DNA of 64,000 nucleotides from Octopus sinensis. Taxonomy: Eukaryota. The translations under genes and the position numbers were made by a program. Shown piece by piece: positions 62,266-64,000 of this stretch; the first letter of the stretch is position 1; every line of letters begins with the position of its first letter. The notes under the pieces were generated by a model, which saw nothing but the letters and a program-made list of their open reading frames with translations, was not told the DNA's origin and made no database searches. The stretch lies in assembly GCF_006345805.1 (NCBI RefSeq), contig NC_042997.1, forward strand, positions 92,318,001 through 92,382,000, in the 5' to 3' direction.

Positions 62266-63922
62266 ACACTGTATGGTACCTTGGGCAAGCATTGTCAACT
62301 ATATTCTTGGACTGACCAAGGCTTTGTGAATAGATTTGGTAGCTGGAAACTGAAAGAAGTATGTTGTGTGTGCACATGCATTTTCTCTGGAAATCACTAA
62401 ACTACAAAAAGTGACATTATTATTATTATCCTAAATATTATGTTAATTTTTTTTACATACGTACCTGTGGTGTGTGTCACGCTTACTTCAAAGGAAGAGG
62501 TAAAAAGAGAAATAATACTTAAGCAGAGGAAGTATAGTTCAAGTGAGAGGAAAAGCAGCAAAGAGGTGGGACAGGCAGGGAATGAGAGAGAAGAGATTCA
62601 TAGCGCTGACAGGTAACAAAAATATAATGCATTAATGCAGGAGCATGGGTGGGAGGCAAGGAGACGTAGAGGAGGGAGAGGGGATGGAGGGGAGAGAGAG
62701 TTAGACAGATAGATTGAATGAAGGAAAGGAGTGGGTACAGAATATTAGTGAAAGACAATGAAACCGTTCTCACATCGTCATATTGGGTCTCTCATAATAT
62801 TGCTCCCTCACTCTTTCTTTCCCCTCCCTCTGTTTGCTTTAGTCTACCCACCTGTTGAAAACAGATAACCGTTCTTCTGCAAATGTTTACAGTAAATTGA
62901 TATCTCAACTGGAGAATGATTCATTTCCTTTAAAATTAATGAATCTAGTCCTAAATTATAAGACTATTTCTTGTTACCTGTTTATAACTCAAATTCTTTA
63001 CTTGTATGTGTTGTAAATGAAAATACTTGAACTAAGAAACTTGATATATGTTTCATTTGAATTTATTTTTTTTAAGGATCCAAGTTTATTGGATGATAAA
63101 ATGACCCTCAAACAATTTAAAGCTGGAACCATCTTGCAGAAACAAGGCGATCAAGTAAGAATTAGTTGACACTTAGAAACCACAAGTATTCATTCACAGT
63201 TTAAAACATTATTGGAACAATTTCTCTTAATTCATTTTTTGTCTTTGTTTTTTTTATTTCCATACAAAGATATTTTGATTCTATTATGTGTGACATCATC
63301 ACAGATATTTTCCCTTATTTCATTTTAATAATATTTAAGAGTAGTAAGGATGATCAAACCAAAATGATCACAGCATTTAGTTTCCTCCATCTTCATTAAA
63401 CATTCAGATCATACAGGTATTATCTTCATTTTGTGTGTTGGAATTGATGAAATATGATAGATATTTGGATCAGTTCAACTGAGCTTCAATATAAAATTGG
63501 TTTGCATGTAGTAAATCAATAATATTGACTGGGATGTGATTAGAAGATAATTTTGTGTTGCTGTGTCATTCAATCAAACCTAAGTAATGGTTGAAGTGAA
63601 TTTACTTATATTGCTGATACTTTAATAAATGAATAAATTTCATTTGATTTAATTCCTGTATGCTATAAATATGTACTTTTATGCCACAAAGTCGATATTT
63701 TTATAAATAAAATTGAGTATATTTTTATTACTTGGATTTAAAATATGTAATGATAAAAGTTAAAAATCAAACAACTATAAAATAAAATTGATTTTGTTCA
63801 AATGTTGGTTTTTGTTTTATAGTATTTAATATTTATTTTATTTTTAGGATTGTAACTTGTTTTTTGTTGTGTCTGGTACATTAAATGTCTCTCAGAATTT
63901 GGTAGGACATGAAGAAAAAGAG
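46735..63922 (+). CDS. PNPLA7: Neuropathy target esterase / Swiss cheese / patatin-like phospholipase domain-containing protein 6/7 orthologue; partial multi-exon CDS (12 exons here, continues beyond the right edge)
   Basis: Exons joined at GT-AG sites give one open frame containing [88 protein letters not shown] and [17 protein letters not shown], all recognisable from PNPLA6/7. Intron phases are consistent throughout. Invertebrates have a single PNPLA6/7 (sws) orthologue, so the symbol is approximate. Confidence 0.96.
47130..48700 (-). mobile_element. Highly decayed LINE RT remnant (CR1/I-like), interrupted by a family D SINE
   Basis: ORF 48340..48669 has [19 protein letters not shown] and NADDAF (YADD-like). 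Confidence 0.5.
48870..48955 (+). CDS. PNPLA7: PNPLA6/7 exon ([29 protein letters not shown])
   Basis: ctttcag acceptor, GTAAGT donor, conserved [14 protein letters not shown] motif. Confidence 0.96.
50560..50642 (+). CDS. PNPLA7: PNPLA6/7 exon ([27 protein letters not shown])
   Basis: attttag acceptor, AG|GTAATT donor, 83 nt, phase 0 to 2; resembles the RPRMRKK..LNIAKK segment of vertebrate NTE. Confidence 0.9.
50750..51311 (-). mobile_element. Three head-to-tail SINE family A copies separated by (TAA)n
   Basis: Repeated blocks caaatttt..cacaagg..cagcaatttt...aagtcaacct...ctaagcattttgt...gattctgcc at about 50750, 50960 and 51165. Confidence 0.8.
52470..52613 (+). CDS. PNPLA7: PNPLA6/7 exon ([19 protein letters not shown]...[12 protein letters not shown])
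   Basis: tttccttgcag acceptor, AG|GTAAGT donor, 144 nt, conserved KEPP and LPS-I-YML motifs. Confidence 0.96.
54107..54266 (+). CDS. PNPLA7: PNPLA6/7 exon, cNMP-binding domain 1 ([15 protein letters not shown]...[17 protein letters not shown])
   Basis: tttttctactcag acceptor, GTAAGT donor, 160 nt; overlaps ORF 54108..54308. Confidence 0.97.
54875..54955 (+). CDS. PNPLA7: PNPLA6/7 exon ([27 protein letters not shown])
   Basis: ctcttttag acceptor, GTGAGA donor, 81 nt, phase 0-0. Confidence 0.97.
55588..55649 (+). CDS. PNPLA7: PNPLA6/7 exon ([20 protein letters not shown])
   Basis: ttttgtttag acceptor, AG|GTAAAT donor, 62 nt. Confidence 0.96.
55840..56460 (+). mobile_element. Decayed LINE RT remnant
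   Basis: HADNTAL (YADDTTL-like) and TLQYCS (LEYCS-like) peptides. Confidence 0.45.
57002..57213 (-). mobile_element. SINE family A with 18-bp TSD, nested in an older family A fragment
   Basis: gagttggaacaaatattg at 56984-57001 and 57214-57231. Confidence 0.85.
57503..57650 (+). CDS. PNPLA7: PNPLA6/7 exon ([50 protein letters not shown])
   Basis: ttttatag acceptor, GTATCA donor, 148 nt, highly conserved peptide. Confidence 0.97.
58436..58649 (+). CDS. PNPLA7: PNPLA6/7 linker exon ([17 protein letters not shown]...[10 protein letters not shown])
   Basis: Long polypyrimidine tract with AAG acceptor, GTAAGT donor, 214 nt, phase 0 to 1; lies within ORF 58430..58762. Confidence 0.85.
59807..59943 (+). 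CDS. PNPLA7: PNPLA6/7 linker exon ([10 protein letters not shown]...AGGLAPVQL)
   Basis: tttctcttttgaag acceptor, CTG|GTAAGT donor, 137 nt, phase 1 to 0 matches both neighbouring exons. Confidence 0.8.
61417..61618. mobile_element. piggyBac-type MITE (second, diverged copy)
   Basis: ttaa|ccatttagcattcagattattc...atttaaattctaaagag, colinear with 7707-7925. Confidence 0.7.
61798..61947 (+). CDS. PNPLA7: PNPLA6/7 exon ([19 protein letters not shown]...DLSNLFKLK)
   Basis: ttctttcatttag acceptor, AAG|GTGAAT donor, 150 nt, phase 0-0; joins to DPSLL as in vertebrate LMRIEDPSLL. Confidence 0.88.
63077..63154 (+). CDS. PNPLA7: PNPLA6/7 exon, cNMP-binding domain 2 ([26 protein letters not shown])
   Basis: tttttttaag acceptor, GTAAGA donor, 78 nt. 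Confidence 0.96.
63848..63922 (+). CDS. PNPLA7: PNPLA6/7 exon ([25 protein letters not shown])
   Basis: tttttag acceptor, GAG|GTTAGT donor, 75 nt; matches the DVSLHFVLWGCLHV segment of NTE. Confidence 0.95.
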
Positions 63923-64000
63923 GTTAGTTTTTCTACCCTTATCTAATAATTCTTTCATAATTGAATATAATCTCTATAATTCAATCTGACAAGTTGTGTT

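Overview
This is an AT-rich, microsatellite-dense and transposon-dense animal genomic window. The SINE families and overall composition suggest a coleoid cephalopod (Octopus-like); that is an inference and was not checked against a database. One host gene is well supported: a + strand neuropathy target esterase / Swiss cheese orthologue (PNPLA6/7). Twelve coding exons (46735-63922) splice in a single consistent reading frame and encode the N-terminal TM helix, cNMP-binding domain 1, a Ser-rich linker and the start of cNMP-binding domain 2. The patatin domain lies beyond the right edge of the window. A candidate ATG exon sits at 28935-29009. The rest is mostly mobile DNA: a decayed R4/Dong-like LINE, a near-complete decayed Penelope-like element (RT plus GIY-YIG), a 5'-truncated Gypsy element with its 3' LTR, three Helitron-type non-autonomous elements, piggyBac-type MITEs, RTE/CR1-like LINE remnants and four SINE families. 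The most notable unexplained or under-described signals are: (1) two minimal type-I hammerhead ribozyme motifs of one family, one with an intact core; (2) several fold-back palindromes or inverted arms (10283/10939, 24263, 24866, 44729); (3) an orphan symmetric CCAAT/E2F/TATA bidirectional promoter near 19.9 kb; (4) a variable-number double-hairpin array inside one SINE family; (5) a sharp boundary between CpG-rich and CpG-poor sequence near 37.5 kb. All counts and alignments were done by eye.
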